From assembly GCF_035084215.1 (NCBI RefSeq), contig NC_090335.1, forward strand, positions 47,678,001-47,742,000: a DNA stretch of 64,000 nucleotides, given 5' to 3'. Under the pieces are notes generated by a model. That model saw only the letters and a program-made list of their open reading frames with translations. It was not told where the DNA came from and made no database searches. Source of the stretch: Heptranchias perlo (Eukaryota). Shown here in pieces: positions 11,690-23,109 of this stretch (its first letter is position 1; every line of letters begins with the position of its first letter). Made by a program: the position numbers and the translations under genes.

Positions 11690-14220
11690 GGAGAAGAGAG
11701 GAAACCCTGGGGGGGAAGAGGGGAAACCCTGGGGGGGAAGAGGGGAAACCCTGGGGGGGAGGAGAGGAAACCCTGGGGGGGAAGAGAGGAAACCCTGGGG
11801 GGGGGAAGAGAGGAAACCCTGGGGGGGAAGAGGGGAAACCCTGGGGGGGGAAGAGAGGAAACCCTGGGGGGGGGAAGAGAGGAAACCCTGGGTGGAGAAG
11901 AGAGGAAACCCTGGGGGGGGAAGAGAGGAAACCCTGGGGGGGGAAGAGGGGAAACCCTGGGGGGGAGGAGAGGAAACCCTGGGCGGAGAAGAGAGGAAAC
12001 CCGGGGGGGAAGAGGGGAAACCCTGGGTGGAGAAGAGAGGAAACCCTGGGGGGGGGAAGAGAGGAAACCCTGGGGGGGGAAGAGAGGAAACCCTGGGGGG
12101 GGAAGAGGGGAAACCCTGGGGGGGAGGAGAGGAAACCCTGGGCGGAGAAGAGAGGAAACCCGGGGGGGAAGAGGGGAAACCCTGGGGGGGAGGAGAGGAA
12201 ACCCTGGGGGGGAGGAGAGGAAACCCTGGGGGGGGAAGAGGGGAAACCCTGGGGGGGAAGAGGGGAAACCCTGGGCGGAGAAGAGAGGAAACCCTGGGGG
12301 GGAAGAGAGGAAACCCTGGGGGGGAAGAGAGGAAACCCTGGGGGGGAAGAGAGGAAACCCTGGGCAGAGAAGAGGGGAAACCCTGGGGGGGAAGAGAGGA
12401 AACCCTGGGCAGAGAAGAGGGGAAACCCTGGGGGGGAAGAGGGGAAACCCTGGGGGGGAAGAGAGGAAACCCTGGGCAGAGAAGAGGGGAAACCCTGGGG
12501 GGGAAGAGGGGAAACCCTGGGCGGAGAAGAGAGGAAACCCTGGGGGGGAAGAGAGGAAACCCTGGGTGGAGAAGAGAGGAAACCCTGGGCGGAGAAGAGA
12601 GGAAACCCTGGGGGGGAAGAGAGGAAACCCTGGGGGGGAAGAGGGGAAACCCTGGGCGGAGAAGAGAGGAAACCCTGGGCGGAGAAGAGAGGAAACCCTG
12701 GGGGGGGGAAGAGAGGAAACCCTGGGGGGGGAAGAGGGGAAACCCTGGGGGGGAAGAGGGGAAACCCTGGGGGGGAAGAGGGGAAACCCTGGGGGGGAAG
12801 AGAGGAAACCCTGGGGGGGAAGAGAGGAAACCCTGGGGGGGAAGAGGGGAAACCCTGGGGGGGAAGAGGGGAAACCCTGGGCGGAGAAGAGAGGAAACCC
12901 TGGGCGGAGAAGAGGGGAAACCCTGGGGGGGAAGAGGGGAAACCCTGGGGGGGAAGAGAGGAAACCCTGGGGGGGAAGAGGGGAAACCCTGGGCGGAGAA
13001 GAGGGGGACCCCTGGGCGGGGAGGAGAGGAAACCCTGGGGGGAAGAGGGGAAACCCTGGGGGGGAAGAGGGGAAACCCTGGGGGGGAAGAGGGGAAACCC
13101 TGGGGGGGAAGAGGGGAAACACTGGGCGGAGAAGAGGGGGACCCCTGGGGGGGAAGAGGGGAAACCCTGGGCGGAGAAGAGAGGAAACCCTGGGGGGGAA
13201 GAGGGGAAACCCTGGGCGGAGAAGGGAGGAAACCCTGGGGGGGAAGAGGGGAAACCCTGGGGGGGAAGAGGGGAAACCCAGGGCGGAGAAGAGGGGGACC
13301 CCTGGGCGGGGAGGAGAGGAAACCCTGGGGGGAAGAGGGGAAACCCTGGGGGGGAAGAGGGGAAACCCAGGGCGGAGAAGAGGGGGACCCCTGGGCGGGG
13401 AGGAGAGGAAACCCTGGGGCGAAGAGAGGAAACCCTGGGGGGAAGAGGGGAAACCCTGGGGGGGAAGAGAGGAAACCCTGGGGGGGAGAAGAGAGGAAAT
13501 CCTGGGGGGGAGGAGGGAAAACCCTGGGCGGGGAAGAGAGGAAAATCAGGGCGGGGAAGAGGGCAAAATCAGGGCAGAGAAGAGGGGAAACCCAAGGCGG
13601 GGAATAGGGGAAACCCTGGGGGGGGAATAGGGGAAACCCTGGGGGGGGAAAGGGGAAACCTAGGGCGGAGAAGAGAGGAAACCCTGGGGGGGAGGAGAGG
13701 AAACCCTGGGGGGAAGAGAGGAAACCCTGGGTGGAGAAGAGAGGAAACCCTGGGGGGGAAGAGGGGAAACCCTGGGGGGAGAAGAGAGGAAACCCTGGGG
13801 GGGGAAGAGGGGAAACCCTGGGGGGGGAAGAGAGGAAACCTGGGGGGGAAGAGGGGAAACCCTGGGGGGGAAGAGGGGAAACCCTGGGGGGGGAAGAGAG
13901 GAAACCCTGGGGGGGAAGAGGGGAAACCCTGGGGGGGAAGAGAGGAAACCCTGGGCGGGGAAGAGAGGAAACCCTGGGGGGGGAAGAGGGGAAACCCTGG
14001 GGGGGAAGAGAGGAAACCTGGGCGGGGAGGAGAGGAAACAGAGGGCGGAGAAGAGAGGAAACCCGGGGGGGGGAAGAGGGGAACCCCTGGGCGGAGAAGA
14101 GGGGAACCCCTGGGCGGAGAAGAGGGGAACCCCTGGGCGGAGAAGAGGGGAACCCCTGGGCGGAGAAGAGGGGAAACCCTGGGCGGAGAAGAGAGGAAAC
14201 ACAGGGCAGGGAAGAGAGGT
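11690..14220. repeat. Minisatellite B, about 22-24 bp unit G(n)AAGAG(A/G)GGAAACCCT
   Basis: Direct tandem repeats, G-rich on the + strand, with variant GGGCGGAGAAGAG. Confidence 0.97.
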
Positions 14221-14454
14221 TCCGTATGAAGCTGACAACTCTGAACTGTGAACCTCAGTCAGAGCTGATCTGAACTTAGACTTCACACTTCAAAACCGGG
14301 CAGCACAGAGTGACCTGAACCAACCAAGAAATCACACATAGGGCAGCAGGCTCTGTGTTTGGGCACTTCTTACAGGGCACATTGTCCTAAATTCAGTCCA
14401 GCGCCAACATTTCTAAACCACTCCCTGCGCTCAGACTCGATAAAGGAAAGTTTT

Positions 14455-14780
14455 TCATAGAATTATAGAAAATACTGCACAGGAGGAGGCCATTAAGCCC
14501 CCGGTTCTGGCACTCTCTCCTGTAACCCCATTCCCCTCTCCCCCATCCCCAAAGATCTTTTCATATTCCTCTTTTTCAAATATATATCCCATTCCCTTTG
14601 AAATGAAGTTTTAGTCTCTACCTCAATAGCCACGTGTGGTGAAGTATCCCACGGTCTAATAGCCCTCAGTTCAAGCACTTTCCTCCTCCCTTTCCCCTTG
14701 TTTCTTCCAGTGAGAATCCTTGGTTTCTGTTCCCTAGCTCCCCATTCGCCCACCAGTGGAAATAATCTTTCACTATTTGC
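14455..14780 (-). mobile_element. Old CR1 LINE 3' fragment
   Basis: catagaattatagaaaatactgcacaggaggaggccatt..tatatatcccattccctttgaa is a reverse-complement CR1 tail. Confidence 0.65.
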
Positions 14781-14954
14781 CCACAGTAAGGTCACTATTG
14801 ACTGCTCCTCTCTCACTACGTTGCTGCTGCTGCTCCCGGCTCTGCAGTAAATGCTGGTCCCCACGCCCACCCCCACCACATTCTCCCCCCCCGCCCCCCC
14901 CCCCCCACCGGCTGCTTGAGCTCCAAACCCCCGACCCAGTATCCTCTTCGCTCC

Positions 14955-15610
14955 CCCATTCTCCATCCCATCTCCCTCTCCCCGAGCTCCTATTCCCCAT
15001 TCTCCATCCCCAGTCTCCCTCTCTCTGAGCTCCCATTCCCCAATCTCCATCGCCCCGAGCTCTCATTCCCCAGTCTCCCTCTCCCCGAGCTCCCATTCCC
15101 CAATCTCCCTCTCCCCGCGTTCCCATTTCCCATTCTCCATCCCCAGTCTCTCTTGCTCCCTGAGCTCCCATTCCCCAATCTCCATCTCCCCGAGCTCCCG
15201 TTCCCCAATCTCCCTCTCCCCGAGCTCCCATTCCCCAATCTCCCTCTCCCCGAGCTCCCATTCCCCAATCTCCCTCTCCCCGAACTCCCATTCCCCAGTA
15301 TCCCTCTTCCCGATCTCCCATTCCCCAATCTCCCTCTCCCCGAGCTCCCATTCCCCAGTCTCCCTCTCCCCGAGCTCCCATTCCCCAATCCCCCTCTCCC
15401 CGAGCTCCCATTCCCCAGTCTCCCTCTCCCCGAGCTCCCATTCCCCAATCTCCCTCTTCCCGAGCTCCCATTCCCCAGTCTCTCTCTTCCCGAGCTCCCA
15501 TTCCCCAGTCTCCCTCTTCGCGAACTCCCATTCCCCAATCTCCCTCTTCCTGAGCTCCCATTCCCCAATCTCCCTCTCCCCGAGCTCCCATTCCCCAATC
15601 TCCCAATTCC
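14955..15610. repeat. Minisatellite C, 30 bp unit CCATTCCCCA(A/G)TCTCCCTCTCCCCGAGCTC
   Basis: Direct tandem repeats with a fixed 30-bp period. Confidence 0.95.
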
Positions 15611-15719
15611 CGGTCTCTCCCTGATCCTCCAGTCCCAGTCTCTCTCTCTTCTCCCCAACTCTCAAGCCCCCCTGAGACTGCCCATTTCAGCCCCTCTCAT
15701 TCAGTGACCTCAGAACCAC

Positions 15720-16200
15720 CCCCTATTTCAGAACCCCCTCCACCCTGATTTCAGCTCCCCCCATTTCTGACCTCCCCCATTTCTGAGGCCCCTATTTCAG
15801 AGCTCCCCCTAATTCGGAGCTCCCCTATTTCAGAGCTCTCCCGATTGCTGAGACCTCCTATTTCAGATCTCCCCCCAATTTCAGAGCCCCCTATTTCAAA
15901 GTTCCCTATTTCAGAGCCCCCCATTTCAGAGCTCCCCCTAATTCAGAGCTCCCCCTAATTCAGAGCCCCCCCAATTTCAGAGCCCCCCCCGATTTCAGGA
16001 CCCCCATTTCAAAGCCCCCCTATTTCAGAGCCCCCCCCCCAATTTCAGGACCCCCAGTTCAAAGCCCACCTATTTCAGAGACCCCCTCCCCGATTTCAGA
16101 ACCCCCATTTCAGAGCACCCCTGATTGCTGAAACATCCCTTATTCAGAAACCCCCTCTCCAAATTCAGAACTACCCCCCCACAATTTTAGAGATTCCCCC
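15720..16200. repeat. Minisatellite D, degenerate about 19-21 bp unit ATTTCAGAG-C(n)
   Basis: Repeated tttcagagc/tttcagaac followed by C-runs. Confidence 0.85.
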
Positions 16201-16444
16201 CTCCCATTGCCGAGACCTCCCCCCGAATGCCAACACCAGCGATTCCCGAGCCCTCCCGATTACAGACTCTTCAGAGCCCTCTCCCTGGCAGCACCATGTG
16301 GTCCCAGCTCTTTGCGACGTGTCATGGGGTGGGGGCACACTCCGGTGGGAAATTTAAATTGCTGATCTCCCGGGCTGCTGGAGGCAGTGCTCAGGGGAGA
16401 TAGCCCCAATTCCGGGGAAACTTCAGACGGGTTGGGAGCCCTTC

Positions 16445-17600
16445 CCCCCAACACAGACTGATCATTTCCCTCCCCCCACAGACTCCTCATCCCCCCCCCC
16501 CCCCCAACACGCAGACTGTTCATTCTCCTCCCCCCCCACATAAAGTCTGCCCATTCTCCCCCTCACACGGACTGCCCATTCTCCCCCTGACACAGACTGC
16601 CCATTCTCCCCCCCCACACGGACTGCACATTCTCCCTCTCCATACAGACTGCCCATTCCCCCCCCACACAGACTGCCCATTCTCTCCCCCCCCACAGATT
16701 GCTCATTCTCCCCCTGACACAGACTGCACATTCACCATCCCCCCACAGACTGCCCATTCCCCCCCCACACAGACTGCCCATTCTCCCCCCCCCACAGATT
16801 GCTCATTCTCCCCCCCCCCACAGACTGCACATTCACCATCCCCCCACAGACTGCACATTCACCATCCCCCCACAGATTGCTCATTCTCCCCCTGACACAG
16901 ACTGCCCATTCTCTCCCCCACACAGATTGCTCATTCTCCCCCTGACACAGACTGCCCATTCTCTCCCCCACACAGACTGCCCATTCTCTCCCCCTGACAC
17001 AGACTGCCCATTCTCTCCCCCACACAGACTGCCCATTCCCCCCCCACACAGACTGCACATTCACCATCCCCCCACAGATTGCCCATTCTCCCCCTGACAC
17101 AGACTGCCCATTCTCTCCCCCACACAGACTGCCCATTCCCCCCCCACACAGACTGCCCATTCTCTCCCCCACACAGACTGCCCATTCCCCCCCCCACACA
17201 GACTGCCCATTCTCCCCCTGACACAGACTGCCCATTCTCTCCCCCACACAGACTGCCCATTCCCCCCCCACACAGACTGCACATTCACCATCCCCCCACA
17301 GATTGCTCATTCTCCCCCTGACACAGACTGCCCATTCCCCCCCCACACAGACTGCACATTCACCATCCCCCCACAGATTGCTCATTCTCCCCCCCCACAC
17401 AGACTGCACATTCACCATCCCCCCACAGACTGCCCATTCTCCCCCTGACACAGACTGCCCATTTTCTCCCCCCACACAGACTGCACATTCACCATCCCCC
17501 CACAGACTGCTCATTCTCCCCCTGACACAGACTGCCCATTCTCTCCCCCACACAGACTGCCCATTTTCTCCCCCTCCCCACACAGAGACTGCTCACATTT
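16445..17600. repeat. Minisatellite E, about 25-28 bp unit CACAGACTGCCCATTCTC-C(n)
   Basis: Direct tandem repeats; core cacagact..catt shared with array A. Confidence 0.95.
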
Positions 17601-17889
17601 CTCACATACACTCCCTCATTGACAGTGTCACACTCGAAGATCCCCGGACAGCCACTCCCTATATTAATAAATATCCAGCACTTAAATTCTTTATTGACTC
17701 TGTGCCAGCTTAGAACTACAGCTGCTATTATATTGTGACCCATTTACGTAACAGCTCAAATTATAACGAAGACAAACCTGACAATACAATGCACACCCAA
17801 TGGAGGTTTGCTTTCTGTCTACTGCTCGCATCATAGTTTTTCTTTAAATGAATCAGCATTTGAATTTACATGAACTTTACCCAGCACAT

Positions 17890-18075
17890 GGAAGGAAGTA
17901 TCTGTGTCTTGGCTGATTTCTTCAAATGTTAGAACGTTGAAAATGTAATATTGGACTTAAACCACTGCTGCTTTAGTGGTTTACCCTTTCGCTAGACTTC
18001 TGCTGAAAACTGCGGTTGTAAAAAAAAATTACATTTCCCAGTTGCCTGAGTTGTTAAACTTTGTTTGCAGCTGAG
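17890..18075 (+). promoter_or_regulatory. Putative proximal promoter with ETS (GGAAGT 17894-17899), RUNX (TGCGGTT 18011-18017) and E-box (CAGCTG 18068-18073) motifs
   Basis: Short motif matches just upstream of the ATG, fitting a leukocyte gene but common by chance. ttgtttgcag at 18061-18070 could instead be a splice acceptor after an upstream UTR exon. Confidence 0.2.
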
Positions 18076-18109
18076 TTCTGGTCAAACTGCAGCTCGAGCT
18101 CAGAGTGAG

Positions 18110-18185
18110 ATGGAGCAGCCCTGTTTTAAAGAGACACCTTTGAAGATTGGAATGTTTCTTGTATTTTCTTTGATTCTCTCATTCG
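18110..18185 (+). CDS. CD101: EWI-family Ig receptor (CD101/IGSF3-like), coding exon 1: signal peptide MEQPCFKETPLKIGMFLVFSLILSF
   Basis: ATG at 18110, hydrophobic stretch, phase-1 donor G|GTGAGT at 18186. Splices in frame to 32947 to give ...LSFDLCTA-QRQV, a typical signal cleavage region. A second in-frame ATG lies at 18152. The symbol is tentative (see findings). Confidence 0.8.
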
Positions 18186-18420
18186 GTGAGTAATCAGCTC
18201 GTTCATTATTCTTTATTTGTTATGTGGAATCAGTGCTGCTAGCTTCTCTGTTACAAAATGCCACACCTAGCTGTAGCTAAATCCAATCCAGAATTTCTAA
18301 AAGCCGCACCTCTTTCAGAATTGCTCAACCAGAAATGATTAACTTGGAGCAATTGTAAATCAGCAAGTAGCAGCAGCAAAAAGCGAAAGGCTCCTGCCAT
18401 GGTAAATTTTATACACTTCA

Positions 18421-18850
18421 GAAAGAAAGAAGGATTTGTATTTATATAGCACCTTTCATGATCTCAGGGCATGCCAAAGCGTCTTACTTTGAATGAAGTA
18501 CTTTTGAAATGTAGTCACTGTTGTAATACAGGAAACACTGCAGCCAATTTGCACACAGCAAGGACCCACAAACAGCAATGAGATAACGACCAGATAATCT
18601 GTTTTAGTGATGTTGGTTGAGGGGTAAATATTGGACAGGACACCGGGGAGAACTCACCTGCTCTTCTTCGAAATAGTGCCATGAGATCTTTTACATCCAC
18701 CTGAGAGAGCAGACGGGGCCTTGGTTTAACATCTCATCTAAAAGACGGCACCTCTGACAGTGCAGCGCTCTCTCAGTACTGCACTAGAATAAGTGCTCAA
18801 GTCTCTGGAGTGGGACATGAATCCACAATCTCCTAACACAAGGACAGACC
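18421..18850 (-). mobile_element. DeuSINE-like SINE (SacSINE1/AmnSINE1 type) with L2-like tail
   Basis: Reverse-complement tail aagaaagaaggatttgtatttatatagcacc; conserved central gacggcacctctgacagtgcagc..cagtactgcact. Homologous + strand pieces at 25670-25908 and 25930-26170. Confidence 0.75.
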
Positions 18851-18941
18851 ATTTGGACCAACTCACTCCAATTGAGGCATCTTTCACATTACAGAGGGAA
18901 ACATGTAATAGATGACAGCAACAGGCCGTGTGCAATTGTAA

Positions 18942-19065
18942 ATAAAAACAGACAAAAATGGAAACACTCAGCAGGTCAGACAACACCTGTGGAGAGAGAA
19001 ACAAAGTTAACGTTTCAGGTCGATGACCTTTCATCAGAAATAGGTCGATGACCTTACATCAGAAA
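18942..19065 (-). mobile_element. Short Penelope-type terminal fragment with minimal hammerhead ribozyme core
   Basis: Minus strand 19037-19009 reads CTGATGA-A-AGGTC-ATC-GACCT-GAAACGTT. Flanked by tgcaattgtaa (18931-18941) and tgcaattttaa (19066-19076). Confidence 0.75.
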
Positions 19066-19301
19066 TGCAATTTTAATCTTTGTTCTGAGATTTACCTGGG
19101 TCTGTACCCTGGCACACTGGATTTAATTTAAATGAATGGAAGGAAAATCAGGCGGGTTCCCTTACAGGCATATACTCCAATCTGCTTAGTTTTTCTATAT
19201 TTGCTATGTCCAGGAGATCCAGTGCACCAGGGTGCAGACCCAGGAAAATTGCCCCAAAAATTTCAAAATCCGAGCGCAATGCACAGTGGCCACAGTGGCC
19301 A

Positions 19302-21216
19302 GATCAACCCTGGTTCAATGAGGAGTGTAGAAGAGCATGCCAGAAGCAGCACCAGGCGTACCTAAAAATGAGGTGCCACCGAGTGAAGCTACAACTCAGG
19401 ACTACATGTACGCTAAACAGCGGAAGCAACATGCTATAGACAGAGCTAAGCGATTCCACAACTAACGGATCAGATCAAAGCTCTGCAGTCCTGCCACATC
19501 TAGTCGTGAATGGTGGTGGACAATTAAACAACTAACGGGAGGAGGAGACTCTGTAAACATCCCCATCCTCAATGATGGCAGAGTCCAGCACGTGAGCGCA
19601 AAAGACAAGGCTGAAGTGTTTGCAACCATCTTCAGCCAGAAGTACCGCTCCACATGATATCAAGAAATGGCTGAGTGCACTGGATACAGCAAAGGCTATG
19701 GGCCCCGACAACATCCCAGCTGTGGTGCTGAAGACTTGTGCTCCAGAACTAGCCGCACCTCCAGCCAAACGGTTCCAGTACAGCTACAACACTGGCATCT
19801 ACCCAACAATGTGGAAAATTGCCCAGGTATGTCCTGTCCACAAAAAGCAGGACAAATCCAATCCGGCCAATTACCGCCCCATCAGTCTACTCTCAATCAT
19901 CAGCAAAGTGATGGAAGGTGTCGTCGACAGTGCTATCAAGCGGCACTTACTCACCAATAACCTGCTCACCGATGCTCAGTTTGGGTTCCGCCAGGACCAC
20001 TCGGCTCCAGACCTCATTACAGCCTTGGTCCAAACATGCACAAAAGAGCTGAATTCCAGAAGTGAGGTGAGAGTGACTGCCCTTGACATCAAGGCAGCAT
20101 TTGACTGAGTGTGGCACCAAGGAGCCCTAGTAAAATTGAAGTCAATGGGAATCAAGGGGAAAACTCTCCAGTGGCAGGAGTCATACCTAGCACAAAGGAA
20201 GATGGTAGTGGTTGTTGGAAGCCAATCATCTCAGCCCCAGGACATTGCTGCAGGAGTTCCTCAGGGCAGTGTTCTAGGCCCAACCATCTTCAGCTGCTTC
20301 ATCAATGACCTTCCCTCCATCATAAGGTCAGAAATGGGGATGCTCGCTGATGATTGCACAGTGTTCAGTTCCATTCGCAACCCCTCAGATAATGAAGCCG
20401 TCTGTGTCCGCATGCAGCAAGACCTGGACAACATCCAGGCTTGGGCTGATATGTGGCAAGTAACATTCGCGCCAGACAAGTGCCAGGCAATGACCATCTC
20501 CAACAAGAGAGAGTCTAACCACCTCCCCTTGATATTCAACGGCATTACCATGGCCGAATCCCCCACCATCAACATCCTGGGGGTCACCATTGACCAGAAA
20601 CTTAACTGGACCAGCCATATAAATACTGTGGCTACAAGAGCAGGTCAGAGGCTGGGTATTCTGCGGCGAGTAACTCACCTCCTGACTCCCCAAAGCCTTT
20701 CCACCATCAACAAGGCACAAATCAGGAGTGTGATGGAATACTCTTCACTTGCCTGGATGAGTGCAGCTCCAACAACACTCAAGAAGCTCGACACCATCCA
20801 GGACAAAGCAGCCCGCTTGATTGGCACCCCATCCACCACCCTAAACACTCACTCCCTTCACCACCGGCGCACTGTGGCTGCAGTGTGTACCATCCACAGG
20901 ATGCGCCTCCCAAACCTGCGACCTCTACCACCTAGAAGGACAAGGGCAGCAGGCACATGGGAACAACAACACCACCTGCACGTTCCCTTCCAAGTCACAC
21001 ACCATTCCGACTTGGAAATATGTCACCGTTCCTTCATCGTCGCTGAGTCAAAATCCTGGAACTCCCTTCCTAACAGCACTGTGGGAGAACCTTCACCACA
21101 CGGACTGCAGTGGTTCAAGAAGGCGGCTCACCACCACCTTCTCAAGGGCAATTAGGGATGGGCAATAAATGCTGGCCTCGCCAGCAACGCCCACATCCCA
21201 TGAAAGAATTTAAAAA
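19302..21216 (+). mobile_element. CR1/L2-group LINE family A, 5'-truncated, RT pseudogene
   Basis: KAMGPDNIP, NYRPISLLS, QFGFR, ALDIKAAFD*, GVPQGSVLGP, LADDC. In-frame stop at 20106-20108 and internal deletions relative to the 28.2 kb copy. A-rich tail. Confidence 0.92.
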
Positions 21217-23109
21217 ACGCTCCGAAAACTGGAGCAAAACCTTCAGAAATAAAAGCACCTTTAAACATTCTTGTTGCCTACACCTCATTTCTTACATATC
21301 CAGCATAGATCGTCCATATTAGACCTTATTGAACCAGCAGTGAACTTAATATTGCAATCATTAGCTGTCTTGTTTGAATATCACTGCACATTGGATCACA
21401 AAGTGGAGAGTTGCTGTCTGCACTGACAGCTGTTGTTTGAAACAAAACTGACAAAAAGTTTAAAAGTTCCCACATAACATGAATATCATTGATATATGGA
21501 GAGCGATTTCTAGGCTGCAATAAGTTTTTGGGGTACAGGTAACAATCATGAACTACTAAAGTTTCCAGTTTGCAGTTTGAAACCATTTGAACCATCGGTG
21601 CTCTGCACCAGGATAGATAAATCATAACATTTACCACGTTATTAGCAAAAATATGTTATTTTTTGAAGTAAGTTACTGTAATTGATTGATTAAGAGAATG
21701 GTTGAAAGTAATTTTAAAGTGGTTATCTACAGCCTTGTTCAAAGTGTTGGATATGTTGTAACCTGTTGTGTGTGTACTACAATACGTTATGTATTATGTT
21801 ACATACATGTATTATTATGTCACTGCAATATAAATTCTGAGTTCATAGTATTATTAGCGCTGAGTGATTATGATGTTCCAAGGTTCATTTCAGCTGTTTG
21901 AATCTGCCAGGCTGAATGGTTAGGATTGGACAATGAATGGAGAAGGTTTTCCTATGGAGAAGGAGCTGAGTGTGAGACAGTGCAGAAGCCTGAGAATCCC
22001 TGGATTGATGGAAAGAGAGATCAACTTCAGTGCAGATAAAGTGGTTTGAGAGAAAAGTAGATAACCAAGAACATAGCATTGGGGGAGGCCATATTACGGT
22101 AACTTGTTTAGAAGTTCACAATGCCGGACCCTGTCAAAGAATTTGGACATGTACAAGTGCAGGCGAAATGCCCTGGAATTGCCTGGGACGTGTCCTCAAA
22201 ATTAAATTTCAAGCTTAAAGTTGTCCTCAAAATAGAATCAGTAGTTAAACTGAGTTCTAGGAGTCAAAAGATATTAAACTAATTAAAACCATATATGAAC
22301 AAAACATTCCTTACTAGTGAAAGAAAACCAACATCAAGTACACCAGCTTGGAGCTAGCTCATTAGTGGCATATAAATATGTCATGCCTTATCTGTACCTG
22401 CATAAAACCCAGTGTTAGGGGAGGATTGAGGAGCAAGGGAGTAGGATTATGATCTGGCATGCCTAAGTACCCATGCCTCATTAACTTGGAGGTCCTCAAG
22501 GCTGCTTGAAGTGATTGATACCAAAAGAGATAAACTCTTCTAACATGTGTCACTCAGATTGGTCAATTGAATGAGAGAGGGGGTTTTCTGTAAAAATCAA
22601 GGTATATAAGAGGGATTTGGTACACCACTTAACAGATTTTCTTTGTTCTCTTTTGTCTTCTTTCTCTTCTGTTTGTTTTTTAGTCTTTACCTAGCGTATG
22701 CAGAAGGGTGCCTCTAAAGGGGTCAAAGTGCCTCCAGTACAAAGAGGAAGAGGTTATAAAAGTCAGATTGTAAGGCTATACCAGCCAGTTATAGGCAGAG
22801 ATAGTGTGTTACTTAGATATACAAGTTTTCTTGACATCAAGGAAGGTGAGATTTAAGCCAGCTAATCCAGATACAATTACCAGTATGTAAGGTGGATTTA
22901 GCAAGGAGCAAGGAATGGATAACCCCTCTACAGAAGGAGGCTTATCAACCATACAGTCCAGAAGCCAACATCATTGTCCCAGAGGAAGGCAAACAATCAG
23001 CTTAATCATACTGCTCATAACGATGAAGTCATACAAGTTCTGTTCAGCACATTGGCTACCAGCATGGCATGGACTCCAATCTATCTAATAGACTGGGTAT
23101 CTAATGCTG

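Noticed and set aside
10014-14286. Long Pro-rich and Gly/Arg/Glu-rich ORFs (415-864 aa)
   Set aside because: They are translations of minisatellites A and B, whose units lack stop codons; several frames and both strands are open at once.
14773-17713. Repetitive ORFs (PELPFPNL, GDWGMGAR, GGEWAVC)
   Set aside because: Products of arrays C and E; no splice or domain support.
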